From Vicugna vicugna (Eukaryota): 64,000 nucleotides of DNA. Shown piece after piece: positions 60,411 through 64,000 of this stretch. Every line of letters starts with the position of its first letter. Positions within the stretch are counted from its first letter, which is position 1. Made by a program: the position numbers and the translations under genes. The stretch covers positions 310,001-374,000 of the forward strand of contig MU058252.1 in NCBI GenBank assembly GCA_013265495.1. Reading direction: 5' to 3'. The notes beneath the pieces were generated by a model that had not been told where the DNA came from, searched no databases, and saw only the letters and a list, made by a program, of their open reading frames with translations.

Positions 60411-62441
60411 GAAGAGCTCTAATTTTAGCCTGTAAGATAATGAAAGAATACCTGTTTGTTAGAAAAATTGAATGGAGAAGTATATCCTTTTGGATTCACC
60501 TTTCTAAAGTATCGCATTAAAAATTTTTACTGTACTTTCATATATGTCCTGCCACTTCCATTCAGCCATTCAGATTCTTCTTTGTCGAGTACCTGCTCGG
60601 GCCGTGGTCATGGATAGCAGATAAATCCATTTAGAAGTGTTACTGAATTCACAGTAGCTGTTTGTCACCAAGTATTTTCCTAAAACCTGGAAGTACCATC
60701 AAGCGGGCTGGGGCACAATGCATGTTCATGTTGAGGGAATCTCCACGCCTGGTTACCACGATTCACACAATTTGGCTCAAGGAGGGCATGTGGGAAGTGA
60801 GCCCACGCCGTGCTCCTTGAGGCGAAGATGGAGGCAAGTGCGCATGTCTGGAGGACCACGTCTGGGCCCCTCTTAGTCAGCGTCTTGGTTGCAGCGTGTT
60901 GGCCACAGGCCCCAGCATGGTTCACATCCTTTGAGTTTGGCGGTTTCATCCCACGTGGCTGCTGCTCTGCCCTGCTTACAGTCCTGCCTGCCCCCTCCGC
61001 ATCACAGCCTGTGGGATAATCGTGAACTAGGGTGAGGGGAAGGGAGGTGGCAGGGAAAGGCTCTTCCATCTGCCACAGATCAAGTGCTGGTGGGCCTGAC
61101 CGGAAGTGGACGTGCGGGCCTGTGGGCCTGTTGGTGGGCAGGGCTCGTGTGAACAGTACAGCCAGCAGACTAGCTGGCCCCTGCATATCCGCCTCACACT
61201 TGATTGAATAAAATTCTTGATTGTGAGGTACAAACCGCTAAGGAATTGAGTGCCGATTATGCAATGCAGACCTCGAGCCCAGCCCTCCTTCTGTGGCCCG
61301 AGGGTGGAATCGACCCAGGATTCAAGGTCACTGTTCAGCAGCAGGGCCTGCCTGGCCCCCAGGCCTTTTTGCATCACAGTGGCCTCCTTCCAGCTCATGG
61401 AGGAGGGGCGGGCTGGGTGATCCTGTTAGCTGTGTCCCCTTCAGCCATGACCCACAGACGTGGTGCCAGGATGTGTCACCAGCAAACGTCACAATATTCT
61501 CTCACCCCATCCTGGCGTTCTAAGCAGGAGCTGTTTTTGTGAGGTTTTTTTTTTTTTTTGGCTTGTGTTTTGTCTATGCTGAGTAACATGTGTATGTAAC
61601 AGCGGCAAGTTCATAAACATACACGTACTCTTGGAAAACATGTGGCACGGAATAAGGCCCCTCCCGGCCAGTAGCCCTGGCTTGGCTTCCTTGCTCTCTC
61701 AGCCCACTTCCCGGCCCTGAAATAGGGAGCTCTCCCCCGACTCCTCTTCCCACCCAGAGATAAGGTGCTTGTGGTGCTGCCCAGGAAGGAGCATCCTGCT
61801 GCAGCAATAAACGCTAGATCCTTTCACCAGCCCCTCTTGTTAACCTTTGTCCAGGGAGCCAGCAGAGAATCTGCAGATAGACTGGCCTGGGCAGCCCTCT
61901 GCCTTTAGCAGGTCCCTGGTGACATCTTGGATGGGATGCCCTGAGGCCTCTCCAGCCAACCTAGAGAAGACAGAGGCTGTCACCCTGCAGAGCTCTCATT
62001 CTCCCCCAGCCTGTTGCTCTCTGGCAGGGACACGCCATCCTGAGCCTGGGTTAACAGCCTCTTGCGCCCCTTCCTGGGCCCCGTCCCCCGCTGGCTGTGG
62101 CCCTGGGGCCTCACCTCTCTCAGGGGTACCTGAGCCGCACCACAGCCCCTCCAGGGGCCGTTACTGCCCTTTACCTGTGAGAAGAGCTGGGATCTAAACC
62201 TGCTGTCCAGCCCCATCACCCACCTTTCCAGTTCAAGGCCCTGGTCTGTTGGGTGTCCCCCCGCCCCAAACTAGCCTCCCCTGGCCTGGTCCCTTGTGGG
62301 GCTGGGAGCAGTGTGTGCACTTCCCCTGGCTGGCGTTTGTCCTGAGCTGGTGTCTGCCTCGCTGTCTGCTACTTCACCTCTGGACACTGAGGCCTGAGCC
62401 AGTGGTGGGTGGGCCTCAGGCTCCCAGCCTGGTACTGTCCT

Positions 62442-63126
62442 GGCAAATATTGCTTGACCAGCAACCAGGAGGCCTCCCTGCTCTGTACCCTGTCCAGGAG
62501 CCCTGTTGGGCCCCAGAGGTTGCTCAGCGAGTCCCCACCCATATCACGCTGCTCTGTCCCCTCCAGGGCCATGGTGCTGCCCGTGGGGACCCGTTCCAGC
62601 CTGCTGGCCCCAAGGAGCAGAAGATGGAGAGGGGAGAGCTGTGGGCTGTCAGGTCCCCGAGGTGGAGCTTTGCAGCCCCTGGAACAGGGCCTGGAGGGGG
62701 TGCCGTTTGTGGAGGGCTGAGCTTCTCTCTCTCAGAGGCCTGAGCCCTCCCTCCACCTCTCCATCTGGCTCGTCTGGCATGGACCCAGCCTGTGCCAGAG
62801 CTAGGGTGACCTGGGGGAGGGTGGCAGTGCGTTGAGTTCTCTGTCCTCCTTCCTCCTCGAGGGGTCACAGCTGGGTCAGGGCTGAGGGGTCAGAAGCACA
62901 GTGTCCTGCTTTTGGGCACCGGCTTCTGACCGGTCAGCCTACCTTGCTACCGGCCCAGTGAGAAACTGCCCTGGGACCATTGGGAGTGGCCTTCCCTCCA
63001 CCTGGCCCCGGGGAGGTGGGGACAGGTAGGCAGCCAGGTACCGGCCCAACTGCTTGACCCTCTCCTGGCATTGTGGATGTGGCCGAGAGAAGGCAAATTT
63101 TGCTTGACCAGCAACCAGGAGGCCTC
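62442..63126 (+). repeat. Dispersed 35-bp direct repeat (62442-62476 and 63092-63126)
   Basis: GGCAAAT(A/T)TTGCTTGACCAGCAACCAGGAGGCCTC, with 1 mismatch between copies. Confidence 0.95.
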
Positions 63127-63759
63127 TGGCAGAGGGCCTCACCGTCTCTGTGGGTGCAGGCAGGAGAGGGTGGACAAGCCCCATGTGGATTGAGGGTGAT
63201 CAGTTGAGCCCAGGTTGTGGGTGCTAACAGCATAGTTACAGAGACTCTGTCCTAAGTTCAAAAAGCTTAATACAGACCCACCAAGGGAGCAGGGTCTCTA
63301 GGAGGCCCCAGAGAGCATCATTCCCCTGGGTCTGCAAGAGAAAGCAGCCTGGAGGGCGCGGGTCCTCTTGTCTGGAAAGCGAGTGTAAGCTGGGCCGGGT
63401 GGTCCTGATGGAGGGGGCTGTGGGCCAGCGGTGGGGTGGGGGGAGGGGAAGGAGGGGGAGGCCCTTCTGAATTCTGAGCAGGGGTCTTGATGGGCTTGCC
63501 TCAGCATTGCCACAGCCTTTCCTTCTCAAGGCGCCCCCTAAACTTGATCGAGGGTCAGACTGGCTTATGTGGCAAGTCGGGGTACAGGTCCCAGCACTGC
63601 CCCGGGTAGCCCAGCTGGGAGTGGACCGTGTGTGGGGCCCCTCTGCTCTGAGCAGGAGAGGAAGGGCTGGGTGACGCTGAGTTGGTATCAAAGAAAAATT
63701 GTGTTTCTGAAAGAGTGCACCACGTACGAGGGCCTCAGTGGGGTTTCTGCCTGGAGACC

Positions 63760-63811
63760 CAGCGTGGAGGGATGGCGGGGAGGAACAGCGTGGAGGGATG
63801 GCGGGGAGGAA
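63760..63811 (+). repeat. Perfect 26-bp tandem duplication
   Basis: CAGCGTGGAGGGATGGCGGGGAGGAA twice. Confidence 0.95.
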
Positions 63812-64000
63812 CACTGTGGCGGGCCTGGCTGCTTTGATAGGCACTGCGAGACAGTGTTTTACTGGAGTAGTGATTTTATTATGAAAATTGCTGGCGTAGT
63901 GTGTTTTTAAACTATTCAAACGTGCCACCCCACACTCCAGCACTTTGTGCTGTAAATGTTACAAGATTGACAGCTCTGGCTGCGGGTGCCGGGGAGCTGC

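Noticed and set aside
52400-64000. Numerous 60-235 aa ORFs in AGAP3 intron 1
   Set aside because: None resembles AGAP3 exon 2, a known domain or a processed pseudogene, and their lengths are as expected for this GC content.
1-64000. CRISPR array, prokaryotic defence system or horizontally acquired operon
   Set aside because: There are no regularly spaced repeat-spacer units, and all coding signal is explained by spliced mammalian genes in conserved order.

Overview
GC-rich mammalian genomic DNA, orthologous to the human 7q36.1 gene block. In order it holds ABCB8 (+; exons 2-16, exon 1 lies upstream of the window), ASIC3 (+; 11 exons, 533 aa), CDK5 (-; 12 exons, 292 aa, with a U12-type AT-AC intron 9), SLC4A2/AE2 (+; 1237 aa, with alternative first exons a, b2 and b1), FASTK (-; 10 exons), TMUB1 (-) and the first coding exon plus part of intron 1 of AGAP3 (+). 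I placed all exon boundaries by hand from splice signals and reading-frame continuity. Five N-gaps hide parts of SLC4A2, FASTK, TMUB1 and AGAP3. The young SINEs are simple tRNA-Ala(AGC) bodies with A-rich tails, and I saw no Alu, B1/B2, Bov-tA, PRE-1 or CAN SINEs; this points to a camelid (inference). There is no prokaryotic system, CRISPR array or true tRNA/rRNA gene. The best leads are regulatory: (1) a strong-Kozak uORF whose stop overlaps the FASTK start codon, plus a splice-junction-created alternative ORF, which together could set the cytosolic versus mitochondrial FASTK ratio; (2) an ASIC3 terminal exon open in all three frames; (3) an in-frame uORF before AE2a; (4) an E-box/HNF1/STAT6-type cluster at the AE2b promoter; (5) a SINE-borne intronic poly(A) cluster in ABCB8. 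Comparisons with human sequences come from memory and need to be checked by alignment.
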